Source: Octopus sinensis (lineage: Eukaryota). From it: 64,000 nt of DNA. The position numbers and the translations under genes are program-made. The stretch is from the NCBI RefSeq assembly GCF_006345805.1, contig NC_043002.1:28892001-28956000 (forward strand). Direction: 5' to 3'. Below, piece after piece: positions 26,758 to 41,029 of the stretch. Under the pieces are notes generated by a model, which was given only the letters and a program-made list of their open reading frames with translations, made no database searches and was not told the origin of the DNA. How positions within the stretch are numbered: the first letter of the stretch is position 1; each line of letters begins with the position of its first letter.

Positions 26758-26797
26758 TACAGTTGAAAAGGTCTCAAAATGACCGAAACCGGTACTG
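26758..26797 (+). ncRNA. Minimal type I hammerhead ribozyme with a U3-A8 core
   Basis: CAG-TTGAAAA-GGTC tcaaaat GACC-GAAA-CCG GTA-CTG: perfect 4-bp stem II, palindromic stem III ACCGGT, a GUA triplet and a 3-bp stem I. Confidence 0.55.
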
Positions 26798-26876
26798 AAA
26801 TGTTCACTATAAAATTATTTTAGCATTTTCTATTTTTGACTTGTTTTTTCATATATATATATGTATATATATATTA

Positions 26877-27288
26877 GGCGCAGGAGTGGCTGTGTGGTAA
26901 GTAGCTTCTTTACCAACCACATGGTTCCGGGTTCAGTCCCACTGCGTGGCACCTTGGGCAAGTGTCTTCTACTATATCCTCGGGCCGACCAATGCCTTGT
27001 GAGTGGATTTGGTAGACGGAAACTGAAAGAAGCCCGTCGTATATATGTATATATATGCGTGTGTGTGTTTGTGTGTCTGTGTTTGTCCCCCTAGCATTGC
27101 TTGACAACCGATGCTGGTGTGTTTATGTCCCCATTACTTAGCGGTTCGGCAAAAGAGACCGATAGAATAAGTACTGGGCTTACAAAAGAATAAGTCCCGG
27201 TGTCGAGTTGCTCGATTAAAGGTAGTGCTCCAGCATGGCCGCAGTCAAATGACTGAAACAAGTAAAAGAGTAAAAGAGTAAAGAGTAT
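26877..27288 (+). mobile_element. tRNA-derived SINE (family B) with internal (TA/TG)n and (AAAGAGT)n tail
   Basis: GGCGCAGGAGTGGCTGTGTGGTAAG head, GGGTTCAGTCCC B box, central GGATTTGGTAGACGGAAACTGAAAGAAGCCCGT motif. Confidence 0.9.
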
Positions 27289-27374
27289 ATATAATAATAA
27301 TAAAAAAAACAGGAACCAAGAGGTGGAACGAAACGACGAATCGGAACGAACCTGACGCGGGGCGCTGTCAGACA

Positions 27375-27483
27375 ATAATGTGATAAATAAAAATATATGC
27401 ATACATACAAACATATATGTACGTACCTACATCTAGGTACGTACATATATGTTTGTATGTATGCATATATTTTTATTTATCAC

Positions 27484-27488
<5 letters not shown>
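27375..27488. repeat. Perfect 55-bp inverted repeat with a 4-nt loop
   Basis: 27375-27429 is the exact reverse complement of 27434-27488; the loop is CATC. Confidence 0.95.
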
Positions 27489-27521
<33 letters not shown>

Positions 27522-29076
27522 AAAACATACATACACACATGTGTAGTGTTCCTGTAAGCACGATGGTCTGGTGATCTGATGAGCTAGCTTTCTACGTTAG
27601 CACTGATTTCTGAATACAGAGATGTGTACTGTACAATGGTGAACATACGTATTAATGCAAACATGAAAGCATAATTTCTTCCCCACTGAAATCAATACTA
27701 CATGAAGAAGGTTGTGAAACGGCCGGACCCCTAAGAATATCATGTGGTTAAATAAATATATATTCACCGCTCATGGCTCCTGACTATTATGTTCATGCCT
27801 ATGCACACACATACACACACACTCACATACCCATAAACAAACGTCTTTATTACATATTTGTGTATGCGCGTGTCTGTATATTATATATATATATATATAT
27901 ATGCATATACTTACGCATACACATTTATACATTTCTACGTCTGCTATTATATGGGTGCTCGTCAGTGATTGCATATGCGTTCCTGTGTGTTCCTCCGTGT
28001 GTGCATTTGGTGCATGCATGTGTGAATCTGGGCATGCGTGATGCGTATGTGCGTAGATATGCATGTATGTATGTATGTTGCTGAGTGTGCGTGAGTCGAT
28101 TTCCCAGTGAGTTTTTCTATACAGACAGCGCTATCTCACAACAATATAACTCTGACATTTAATGATTATCAAAACATTTGAATGAAGCAATTGTCTTTCA
28201 CATACAATATACTTTTTGTATGAGCTTTACATTTTATCAGGAACATTGTTTCGTTTAACTGACGTTAACTGCGTGTCTCTTCTGACAATTACACACACGC
28301 ACACAAGCAAAAAAAAAAAGGATAGTCATACACACACACACACACACACACACATACGCACATACGCTCAAAGATACACATAAACACGTACATGTACTCA
28401 TACTCAAGTGCACTCATAGGTACATATACAAGTATAAATAATTTTACATGTATGCGTATATAAACGTGTGTTTATGTACATAGTTGAATGCATATATATA
28501 TATATATATATATACATACATAAATATATATATACATACATATATATTTATATACACAGATATATATACACGTTTCTAAACTTGTGTATATGCATGTATA
28601 TATGAATAAGGTTACACACATGCATACATGTATGTACACACACACGCACACACACACACATTAATAAATATGCAGATGTAATACACATGCATATAGATGT
28701 GTGTGTGTGTGTGCGCACATGCGCCTCTATTTATGTGCTTGTGCGTGTATGCGTACATATGCTAACAAGTACACACAACGCATATAATTATAAACTGTTT
28801 TATTCATAGCTAGAAAGATAAGATTCCTTCCAATCTGTGTTTTCTCTTACTTTCTTTCTTGCTTTATTTCTTTCCTTCTTTCTTTCTCCCTTGTTTTCTT
28901 TCTCTCTTTCTTACTTTCTTACTTTCTTCTTTTCTTCCATTCCTCCTGCCTTTCTTTATGACATTCTTCTCACTTCCGCTAAGTACAACATGTATTTACA
29001 GGTGGAAATGAATAAGTAAATCAATAAATAAACTCTCACATACGCACCATACACACATATACATACATATACATAA

Positions 29077-29169
<93 letters not shown>

Positions 29170-30036
29170 TATATATATATGTATATATGTATATATATAG
29201 ATATACACATATATTTGTATATAATTGTGCCTATAGAAATTTATCTGTCTGTATATATATATATATGTAAATTATAAAAATAAATCTATGCCAATAATAA
29301 AAGTAAACAAATAATTAACAACAACAACACCAACAATAATAATAATAACAACAACAACAATAATAATAATAATAATAATGATAATAATAATTAAATACAC
29401 GAATATATGCTAAAATATATAAATAAATAAATAATAGATTGTGTGGGGAGAAATATATAAAAAAGGAAATATACAAAAATGATAACAGTTTAGTGGTACA
29501 GAAATAAAGAAGAGTGGGTTTTATGGTAGAAGCAAAGGGCTTTGTAAATATTTCGGTATGAGTGTATGCATGTCTGCTTATGGTTATGTGTGTACACACA
29601 CACACATCGGAAGAGATAGAGAGAGAGAGAGGGAGGGGGAGAGAAAAGGGAGGGAAAGTTATATATGACTGTTCTTAAATAGACATTTATGTTTCTTTGA
29701 AAATATGCGCATATTTATCCTTAAATACACACTATACAGACTGACATACAAACAAACGCCTACACATACATACAAATACACATACATAGATATATATAAG
29801 CCAACCCGTCTGGAGCAAAGTATGAGTGAACTTGGAATATTGGAGAAGAGAATACAAATCCTTAATTCATACACTACAAATGATCACGATATGAGGGACG
29901 ATAAAAATCTGCAAGGCTCTCTTAAGGTTTAACGGATGACTCAAGATGCTTTCCTTCAAAATCTAGCTACCAAGGAGGTGACCGGTCAAAATTTACACTA
30001 AATTAAGAGAAAGAGAAGCCTATATTATATATATAT

Positions 30037-30245
30037 GAAACAAAGGCGACTGAAGAAGGGGAATTTTCCTTGTTTTGTATGTCCTGTACTCTATTTTTTC
30101 GTTGTTTAAGAAAAAATGACCATTTCTTTGGTTTTGTGTTTATGTTTTCATTTCTCATTGTGTTCGACGTTTTTTTGGTGTCCTGTACCCATATATGCAT
30201 GTATATATACATGTAGAGGTAGGTATGTACATATATGTATGTATA
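30037..30245 (+). repeat. Dispersed ~210-bp repeat (second copy inverted at 39268-39471)
   Basis: GGCGACTGAAGAAGGGGAATTTTCCTTG...TCCTGTACCCATATATGCATG...; high identity to the reverse complement of 39268-39471. Possibly a Penelope-like terminal repeat (inference). Confidence 0.75.
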
Positions 30246-30428
30246 TATGCATATGCTTCATTTATTTATTAATTTATTATATATATATACATATATATAT
30301 ATACATATATACATATGTATATATATACACGCATGTGTGTGTGTATGTACTAATATGTATATATATATGTATATACGATGTGCCTGTGTATGTGTGCGTG
30401 TGAGTGTCTCTTTTGTGTATGTATATAA

Positions 30429-30643
30429 TCTTTTCTACTCAAGGCTCAAAGCCCGAAAATTTAGGTGAGCGGGCCAGTCGATTAGATCAACCCCAGTACG
30501 CAACTGGTACTTAATTTCTCGATCCCGAAAGGATGAAAGGCGAAGTGGATCTCGGCGGAATTTGAACTCAGAACGTAAAGACAGACGAAATACCGCTAAG
30601 CATTTCCCCCGGCGTGCTAACGTTTCTACCATCTTGCTGCCTT
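30429..30643 (-). mobile_element. CORE-type SINE (family A)
   Basis: Full head and core in reverse orientation. Confidence 0.85.
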
Positions 30644-30959
30644 TGTGTATATATATATAATACAGGAATAATTTATGCACCTAATTTGTACTTTTTACTT
30701 TACATATTCCAACATTTTTGTTTTCAAAATTTTCTTCTTTCTCCTATTAGTCTATAGTGCCATCATACTTTATTCCACTCCTTCCTTCTAACTTTTCCGT
30801 TATTCCTTTCCTAAATTATATAACTTCTATATATATATATTATCTGTAAAAGTCGGTGATTGTGGGAATTAATTAATCATGTAGTAGATTGCTCCATTGT
30901 TGGTGCATATACGATCGCATTACAGAGACCGTCTGTTATCTATTTTATTATGTATATAG

Positions 30960-31385
30960 GCGAAGCCAATGTTGTATACATATGAATCTCGCTTGACACC
31001 AATTGGCTTGACGTTCAGTCCCACTTCGTAGCACATAAGGCAAGTATCTTTCATTATAGACCCTGGTCGAAACCAATGCCTTGTGCGTGAATTTTACACG
31101 AAAACTGTGTGGAACCCGTCGTATGCATATCTATACATTATGTATAGACATGAGTGTGTATGCATATGTTTATATATTTGTGTTTGTCCCCTACTACCCG
31201 TTAACATCCGGTATTAGTTTGCATACGTCCCCACAACCAAACGCTTCACCCCCCCCCCAAAAAAAACCCATTGAAGTGTCTCATTTAAAATAACTACTTG
31301 TGTCGATTTGTTCGACTAAAGCAATTCAAGGTTGTGTCTCAACAAGGTCCTATTCCAATGAGTGAAGCCTGTAAGAAATAAAAGA
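30960..31385 (+). mobile_element. Decayed family B SINE
   Basis: GTTCAGTCCCAC..GGCAAGTATCTT..AATGCCTTGTG..GAAAACTG motifs. Confidence 0.55.
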
Positions 31386-31660
31386 TGAAAGATACACGCA
31401 TAGAATATTTATTTACGCTTAATATACATCGCAGATGTGAAATACATCTTTTCCTAATACTGTAGATTAACAAGTTGAAGAATCTTGGATTGGCGGAGTA
31501 AACGCGATGCGCTCTTTAGTAATTTCTTTTCTACTTTTTGTTGAAATACTCTAAGAGGTAAAATTGCCTTCCAGCCACCGTCTTGAATTGTGAAAGCTAG
31601 TTCCCATGTCCTTACAATGTCACTCTGTTGTTAGGATTTCGGCCTTGCTATGAAACTTGT

Positions 31661-32048
31661 GGTGGAAGCACTCCGTCGGTTACGACGATGAGGGTTCCGG
31701 TTGATCCGAATCAACGGAACAGCCTGCTCGTGGAATTAACGTGTAAGTGGCTGAGAACTCCACAGACACGTGTACCCTTAACGTAGTTCTCGGGGATATT
31801 CAGCGTGACACAGAGAGTGACAAGGCCGGCCCTTTGAAATACAGGTACAACAGAAACAGGAAGTAAGAGTGAGAGAAAGTTGTGGTGAAAGAGTACAGCA
31901 GGGATCACCACCATCCCCTGCCGGAGCCTCGTGGAGCTTTAGTTGTTTTCGCTCAATAAACACTCACAACGCCCAGTCTGGGAATCGAAACCGCAATCCT
32001 ATGACCGCGAGTCCGCTGCCCTAACCACTGGGTCATTGCGCCTCCACG
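31661..32048 (-). mobile_element. Full-length family C SINE with 11-bp TSD
   Basis: Reverse complement of 17573-17963. TSD ATGAAACTTGT at 31650-31660 and 32049-32059. Confidence 0.92.
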
Positions 32049-32908
32049 ATGAAACTTGTATACCTTTATATACATAACCAAGTATAATGGCATATCGTAA
32101 AGGGTCACGGTACTTTATAATACTTTATAACTCATGTTTGTTATCACTTAAAGTCATTTCGCCTTCATACTGAGAGTTGCTTGTATTACCCGCCATAATG
32201 TTTTTTTCTGACTCTCACTTGGAGAGAAAATTCTGGAAATTAAAAAATGTTATGTGTACGTCACTCCGTACACCACCCATCATCTGACACTAGTGTATCT
32301 GTGTGTGTGTCAGCATGCACCAGTGAGTTCGTTTCTATGTGTTTGTATATTTGCTTAACAATGTAAAGCTAAGTGTAAGCAGTTATATTAGAGCTTATAT
32401 GTATGCGTGTATATGCAATATATATGAACCTATTTGCGTATAAAAAATAAACGAAAGAAAACAAAAGAACTCATTAAACTTCAGCTGCACTACTGAAGTA
32501 ATCTCTTTGTTTATAACCCTATTGAAAATGACAATGTAAAGTACATATATATATATAGACTTACACACATAGACACACACACACAACATACATCCATATA
32601 CAGATGCACACACGCATAATACATACACATACACTCACATATATATAAACACAAATAATTACATACGTATGCGTATTTCAATTATATACGTATACACACA
32701 CACATATACATACATATATATATATTATATATATATATATATATAATATATATATATATTTATGTATTTTGAGGTCTGTTTCAGCATAAGTTTACACTAT
32801 TATATCACACATAACATATGCACAATGTAAAACATATATACACACAAACATCTGCAGACATACATAATACAGTTCACTGTATTACAGTGGGAAAGGATAA
32901 ATGTGCAT

Positions 32909-32972
<64 letters not shown>

Positions 32973-33258
32973 GAGGCTCCGACTACGTACTCTTTCTTTG
33001 TCAACACACACACACAGGCACACACATACACATACACATATACACACACACGTACACACACGCGTGCATATATATAGAAAGATAAATAAGTAGGTAGATA
33101 GATAGATAGATAAATAGATAGGTAGGTAGATAGATAGATAGATGGAAACATTGATTTATGAAAGAAATAAATGAAGATAAAAATGTGCAACGATTAGCAA
33201 CGATATGCAATATATATGTATGTGTATGTGGGTGTGCGTGCGTGTGTATGTGTGTATG

Positions 33259-33307
<49 letters not shown>

Positions 33308-35225
33308 TATATATATATTATATACACACACATATACACCTCATCTTCCACCACAATTGCTCTTAATTTCTCCTTTTAATTCCCTCTCCTACTGACATTC
33401 AGCTATTTCCTCTCACCTCTACCCTGCGTTGTTTTCACTTTGATTTTTATTTTCCTTTAACACACCACTACCGCCTTCACCTAACATTTAGCTTCTCGTG
33501 ACTTCTCCTTCCCATTCTTTTAATACTTACATCCCTCATTAAAATCGACCTCTTTACTTTCTCTTCGCATCCCACCTGTGCTGTTCCTTATATATTTTAT
33601 TTCATTCATTTTACATTTTCTTTCTATTGACATTGCAAATTTACCAAAGAAAAAAATAGCAAAGAGGAACAAAAGCAAAGAATATTTCCAAAGAATGGCA
33701 ATGTTTTCCGCAAATACAACCCACTACCCTCACCACCGTCTGCAACAACCGCGGCACCAGTATCTGTTAGCATCACACCAACAGCATGATACAAACAATT
33801 TCACACTACCAGCGCTAGTACCATCTCCACTACCACCGCCACCGCTAGCAACGGTACCACGAGCACCACCACGAGCACCACCATCAGCACCACCACCAGC
33901 ACCACCAGCATCACTACCAGCACCAGCACCACCATTACCATCACCACCACCACCAGCACCAGCACCAGCACCACCTCCACCAGCACCACCACCATCACCA
34001 CCAGCACCACCAGCACCACCACCACCACCACCATCACCACCACTAACAACAACAACAGCACTAGCAGCAATAGCAACAACAGCAACAACAACTCCTACCA
34101 CCACCACTACCTCGAGATTCCACCGCCTCTATACCTCTCACTATAAACCTCCATTACCATCCCATCAATGCACCATTCACTGCCGGTGTAATCACCTGAT
34201 CCGTCCCGGTAGCACAGCTACCCACATCACTTCCATCGACATTACTCCTACTACTACTACTACAAGAACTACTACTACTACTACTACTACTACTATACTA
34301 CTACTACTACTACTACTACTGTCCCTACAGCCGCATCACCACCATCACCATCCTCACCACCGCCGCTACTGTCGCTGCCGTCACTGTCGTCGCTGCCGCC
34401 AACGTCGTCGCTGCCGCCAACGTCGTCTCCGCCGCCCCCGCCTCCGCAAACACCATTACTCTTATAATCCCATTAACGCTATCGTAACATTCGTCGCCGT
34501 GTACGAAGCATACTCCAAGTAAAAGAAAATGTGGAGACAGTCGCAGTAACATCCAGCAGGTGTCTGTCTGGTTTTGAAGTCAACTGGAGTACACAGCGTT
34601 GGCTGAAAAGATGGTGTTGTCACAAACAACAGCAACCACAGCAGCAACTTAGAAAACAGCAACAAAATAAGTAACCACTGCAACAATAACTACAACCACA
34701 ACAACAGAATCAACTACAGAAACAGCAATAACAGTACGACAAAGACAACAAAAACTGATAAAACAAACAAAGAACAATATCAACGGCAGAGACATCCGTT
34801 TACTTGACGAATGTTTATCTCGTGTGCATTGACTTTGAAAAAGCTCAGCTAGAGGAGTTAAAGAGTGTCTAAACTACGGAGCTTCATGAAACTCAAGGAT
34901 GTCAAGTTTATTTGCGTCGAATAAGCCTCATTCAGTTACTATACATGGGCATGGATGATACGTCTAAATTTATAAGCAACATCGTCTAGACATGTCTAAA
35001 TTTATAAACAACATCATAATATTATACTTGATATGATGATTATTTTTGTTCTCTTTGTAGGTTAAATGTAAATAATTTCATCTTTATTCCATGTAAATGA
35101 TTTCATCTTTATTTCATCTTTATATCATCTTTATTTTTAATTCGAAATATATCTGACTAATAAGTTCCCAGCTGTGTCATGCAGCAAGATTTCTAGAAAG
35201 GATGAAATCGTGTTATATATGATAA

Positions 35226-35461
35226 TCTATTTCTTTATTACCCACAAGGGGCTAAACATAGAGGAGACAAACAAGGACAGACATAGGTATTAAGTCGATT
35301 ACATCGACCCCCAGTGCGTAACTGGTACTTAATTTATCGACCCCGAAAGGATGAAAGGCAAAGTCGACCTCGGCGGAATTTGAACTCAAAACGTTCGACA
35401 GACGAAATACCACTAAGCATTTCGCCCGGCGCGCTAACAATTCTGCCAGCTCGCCGCCTAA
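35226..35461 (-). mobile_element. CORE-type SINE (family A) with 12-bp TSD
   Basis: Full length; TSD TATATATGATAA at 35214-35225 and 35462-35473. Confidence 0.9.
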
Positions 35462-35961
35462 TATATATGATAACCGCCAACCAAAATGTTTAAGCACATT
35501 GTAATAAATAACAGTAAAATTCCACGTGCGAATTCTGTGCGTCTTCGTATTCCAAAATTTCAAATTCAAGGTCCAAATTGTAATACAACCTCATGTTGTG
35601 AGTGGACGGTTATCTGCCGTAAGCGAACCAAATGTTCAGCTTCGACTTTTTATTCTGTTATTCTCTATCAGGTTGGGTCGTATCTTGCGAATTACCCATG
35701 TTTCTTTCTTGATTTCTATATATAATCTTTCATTCAGGAGGGAGGTAGTAACGATGACCCTTTACAAGGAATAAGTCTAAGACCACAGAGTGGCAGGGAT
35801 GGAGGAAAGCTGAAAGTGGAGACCTGGCTTGATTGCTTTCGACAGTGTGGACACATCTAAGAGCATCCATACTAGAAGGTTCTAGTGTTATATCCAGGAG
35901 TATATGTGTATATAATTAGACACACATACACACACACTCACTCGTTCGTACATATATATAA

Positions 35962-36191
35962 ATTTCTTTACTACCCATAAGGGGCTAAACACAGAGAGGA
36001 CAAACAAGGACAGACAAACGGATTAAGTCGATTATATCGACCCCAGTGCGTAACTGGTACTTATTTAATCGACCCCGAAAGGATGACAGGCAAAGTCGAC
36101 CTCGGCGGAATTTGAACTCAGAACGTAGCGGCAGACGAAATACTGCTAAGCATTTCGGCCGGCGTGCTAACGATTCTGCCAGCTCGCCGCC
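35962..36191 (-). mobile_element. CORE-type SINE (family A)
   Basis: Full length, little diverged. Confidence 0.9.
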
Positions 36192-37567
36192 TTGTTCTGC
36201 CAGCTAAGCACTTAGTGAAAGGTCGATAGTGCGGTGCTTCGGCAACAATTCTTTGGAAGTTGATGCAAATGTTTGTTTCGGTCGGTGTCCCATTTGAAGT
36301 GAGAACTTGAGTTAATACATCAGGACAAACGGACAAGAACCTACCAAATAAATGTCATGTGTTCTGGGAGGAGCTCTGAACCCATGGTTTCAAGGCAAGT
36401 TTTAATGTCGGAATGACTTAAGTTTGAGATGCTGTTCTATTCTGAACATATCTCGCGTGATAGCTTTCAGATGAAAATTTGCAATCATATTCCCAATTAC
36501 TTATACTCTATAAGTTACTGTACTTATGATAGTAGATTGAACCCTGTAATATCATTTTACCTAAATAGTAGTAATTAAGAAATATCTTGGAAAAATAAAT
36601 TCAACAAAGTTATTATATATATTATTTATAAAAACCAATGCCGCCAAATAGACGAAGATTAAAATCATGAAATAGTTTAATGAATTGTGTGAAGTCTTTC
36701 GAAATTTGTAGTGAATACATAAATATTAAATAATACTAGTTGTCCTGGAAATATAAGTGATTTATTCAGTGCATTTGAACTGAAAATATTTTTACAAGCC
36801 AATGTTACTTTTGAACACTTATACAGGAAGTGTTGTGCTCACAGTCATAATGTTGTGGGTTCGATTTCTGATGGTGCCATTGCACTCTTGAGCAGTGAAC
36901 TTCATTACTCGCTTTTATATCCTTATATCCTGATGAAAATGAGATCCAGCCCAGGGCTGGAAAAGCTGTTACACCTTTCTCTCACTCCAACTGGCACACT
37001 GGGGAGCCAAAAGAGTGCCTGTGTCTCATCGAAACTAATCAGACATGTAAAGCAATTAGCTCTTGTTTGCGAAAGCTAAGCTTTAGAACATGGAGCATTT
37101 CTTAGTACAGATGCATTTTACCTCACGATTAAAGAAATCCTTTCTAACTAAAAATGGTTCTTCGGCTTCCTAAAAATATGCTAATTATTCGTTCAATTGT
37201 TTTTGTAACTATTTATATAATTACTCATCCGTATTTTCTGTTTTAGAGTTGCTACCCCTTTGTTGTTTTCTGTACTATTTTAAACGCTTTTACAAACCGC
37301 AAACTATAATCAATATTTTCCTTCTCTTTCTATCCGGGGTTGCTCTTGTTAGTATGCAACATATAATTTGCCATATATACGTGCATATGCACACTTACAG
37401 ATGCTAATACATATATAGTTATTAATGTATATATGTATAGACATATCTAAACCTATATATATATATATATATATACATACACTCACATATGCATACGTTA
37501 TACAAATACATATATGTGTTTGAATGCCTTTGAATGCATATGTATATATGTGTATGAGTGTGCATAC

Positions 37568-37622
<55 letters not shown>

Positions 37623-37633
37623 ATGTATATATG

Positions 37634-37674
<41 letters not shown>

Positions 37675-38623
37675 ACATGTATGCACGTGTATACACGTGT
37701 AAGAGTTAATAAGAACGCACAGACGCATACAAGAACAGTGCTTCTCCATACACAATCCTTTATATTAATCTTTCATTATTTTTTCCGCCATTTAACTTTA
37801 CTCCCCCACCGCAGGCCTCCTTACCTTCATTTCCGTCTCGTCTTTCTTCTAATACCTCTCAATATTTTTTTTCTGTCTCACTACTTCATTACCATCATCA
37901 TCATCATCATTACTACCACCACAATTAATCTTTACACCACCACCACCACCACCACCGCCGCCGCCGCTGCCACCACCACCACCATAATCATCTACAAGAT
38001 TGCTACAAGCTCCAGAATTACAAGTTTCCCTCCACGAACACACAGGAAGCCTAATTAACGTCGTGCTCCTTCTTCTCCTCATCATCATTATCATCATCTA
38101 CGTCATCATGATTTCCAGTACATTCATAACGACAACCATAACCAGCATCAAAATAATCATCCTTATTGTCCTCATCACTTGCACCTATCATCACCATCAC
38201 CACCGTCATCAACGTAATCGGTAGAATCGTCATTAACAACACTAACGCCGTTATTATTAAGACTATCACAACAACAATTGTAATTACCATCAGCGCCACC
38301 AACATCGCCACATTACGAACAACACAGCATCGTCACCATCGTCGTCGTCGTCGTCATCTCATGGAACGTCGACGTTATCATCAGTTGGTATACAACCCTT
38401 AACGTTATCGTCAACATCATTATTATCGTCAGTGGCACATTATCAAACCGTCCCATCTCCTCCTGCTCCTGCTCCACCTCTTCCCCTTCAGTATCATCAT
38501 CATCATCATCATCAACATTATTATCATCACGAACAGCATCACCATCATCTTCGTCATCAACTTTATTATCGATTTTTCTCGTTTTCTTTATCTTCATCAT
38601 CATTATCATTATCATTATCATTA

Positions 38624-38758
38624 TCTTCTTCTTCTTCTTCTTCTTCTTCTTCTTCTTCTTCTTCTTCTTCTTCTTCTTCTTCTTCTTCTTCTTCTTCTTC
38701 TTCTTCTTCTTCTTCTTCTTCTTCTTCTTCTTCTACAACAGCAACACCTACTACTAAT

Positions 38759-38850
<92 letters not shown>

Positions 38851-38867
38851 ACTACTACTACTACTAT

Positions 38868-38903
<36 letters not shown>
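38624..38903. repeat. (CTT)n / (CTA)n / (CTG)n compound microsatellite
   Basis: Direct arrays. Confidence 0.95.
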
Positions 38904-38905
<2 letters not shown>

Positions 38906-39267
38906 TCTTCATTATATCCGCATAATGTATTTAATGTTGTCACAGTTACCTCACTCATCAACCTCAACTCACATCACTAGATGCACTCTACTCCATCCTA
39001 ACCCACCCTTCCACACCTAGCCCCATCGCAGCTCACCACAGCAACATTTACCCAATTTACATCCCCTACAGCACGTCGGGATGCAAATGGTGGGAGGGGC
39101 AGAAATACGCAACGCTTCCGTTTGATATAAGTATGACTAAACGAAATAAAACAATTAAGTTTTTGTGTTTTTTCAAAATATATAGAGACGTGTGTGTGTG
39201 GGTGTATAATAACAAATTAATAAATAAAACATATGCATATATATGTTTTATATATGTAAAAAGTCAT

Positions 39268-39467
39268 ATACATACATATATGTACGTACCTTCATCTACA
39301 TGTATATATACATGCATATATCGGTACAGGATACCAAAAAAAACGTCGTACACAATGAGAAACGAAAATATAAACACAAAACCAAGGAAATGGACATTTT
39401 TCTTAAACAACAAAAAAATAGAGTACAGGACACACAACACAAGGAAAATTCCCCTTCTTCAGTCGCC

Positions 39468-39471
<4 letters not shown>
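39268..39471 (-). repeat. Second copy of the 30037-30245 repeat
   Basis: Reverse-complement identity over ~200 bp. Confidence 0.75.
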
Positions 39472-39509
<38 letters not shown>

Positions 39510-39512
<3 letters not shown>

Positions 39513-39688
39513 CTGGTCAGGGTCCGTTTTTGCATTGTTTTAGCCCTCAAATGACGCCATCCTGCTGGCTAGGCGAGCAGGCCAAGATTTCCCGGTCATC
39601 GAAAGGATAACTGGCGCAACGTGAAGGAAGTGCTTTGATCAAGAAAGCCACACGCCGCCCAGTCAGGGAATCGAACCGACGATCTAAT
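39510..39688 (-). mobile_element. 5'-truncated tRNA-derived SINE (family D)
   Basis: The minus strand has a B box GGTTCGATTCCC followed by GGATGGCGTCATTTGAGGGCTAAAACAATGC; the A box is missing. Confidence 0.6.
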
Positions 39689-39812
39689 ATTTACAGATAT
39701 TTATTTAAATGTAATATACAAATAAAATATCTGTAAATATAAACCATCCGATCTTCTGAGTACCTCATTTCTTCTAATATATAATACCTGTACATCATCT
39801 CCAAACCTTCCA

Positions 39813-39857
<45 letters not shown>

Positions 39858-40130
39858 GATCTCTATATGTATACTCGTACGTATTTATGTGTGTGTGTAC
39901 GTATGTGTGTATGTGTGTGAGCGTATGTATTCATTTGTATACGCTCATACATACTCATTCACGTGAATACATATATATGAATGAGTTTCTGGGGATAGAG
40001 AACGGTAACAGGTTAGCTGTTGTCACTGTTGATGCACTTCATATTACCATTGATGCTGCTGCCATCGCCACTGTTGTCGTGCTGCTTGTTACTGTTCTTC
40101 AATACCTGGTGCTATTCTAGACACACACAC

Positions 40131-40245
<115 letters not shown>

Positions 40246-40864
40246 TGTGTGTGTGTATCTTTCATCTCTTATCTCCTACTTCAGTCATTAAACTGCGTCC
40301 ATGCTGCAGCACTGCCTTGAAGAACTTTAATCGAAAGAATCGAGGCTTTAGTAAAAGGTATTTGCCTAAGAGCCACGCATCGGGACTACACCCAGGGCCC
40401 ACCTGCAGCTAACACCCCACCACACACAAATACACACATACATATAGTATATATACTCCTGTGTGTGCATATGTGTGTGTGTGTACCTGTGTGTGTATAA
40501 TAAAATATAGGTTAGCAAATAAAGAAAGTAACAAAAGCTAGTGTTAATCATATAATTTCTTTGAAAACGACAATTATTTAAGTTATTGAAAATTAGCGAT
40601 ATAATTATAAAAGAGAGGACTCGCAAAATTATCGTACATATCTCCATTAAATGAACGATTGAGCCTGCAATTTTGCTGCTATAATGTTAACTTATTTCCT
40701 TTTTATGGAAGTGAACATTGAACAGTAGTCAGATATATAGTATGATACAATGTAATATACTGTACTATATTATACTATACTATAATATAGTATACCATAA
40801 TATATAACACAATACAATATAACAAGATAATATAATATAATAAATACAATATAACATATGTATA

Positions 40865-40946
<82 letters not shown>

Positions 40947-41029
40947 TTATCTATCTACCTATCTAGACAAATACTGGTATAGCAAATAAATTATTAATAT
41001 CATCGCCGCCTCTAGAGGATGTGTAATTA

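Noticed and set aside
27577-27610. CTGATGA followed by a 6-bp hairpin
   Set aside because: No GAAA after the stem and no stems I or III, so not a hammerhead.
33578-34522. 314-aa proline/threonine-rich ORF and overlapping glycine-rich antisense ORFs
   Set aside because: Translation of degenerate (CAC/CAG/CTA)n arrays; no domain or splice context.
36386-36400. CCATGGTTTCAAGG match to the 9-kb hammerhead stem II/III
   Set aside because: Only ~14 nt, with no flanking homology or CTGANGA; may be chance.
36930-36975. CTGATGA...CAGC/GCTG-GAAA
   Set aside because: Ten unpaired nt between the core and stem II and no stem I; it lies beside a decayed SINE.
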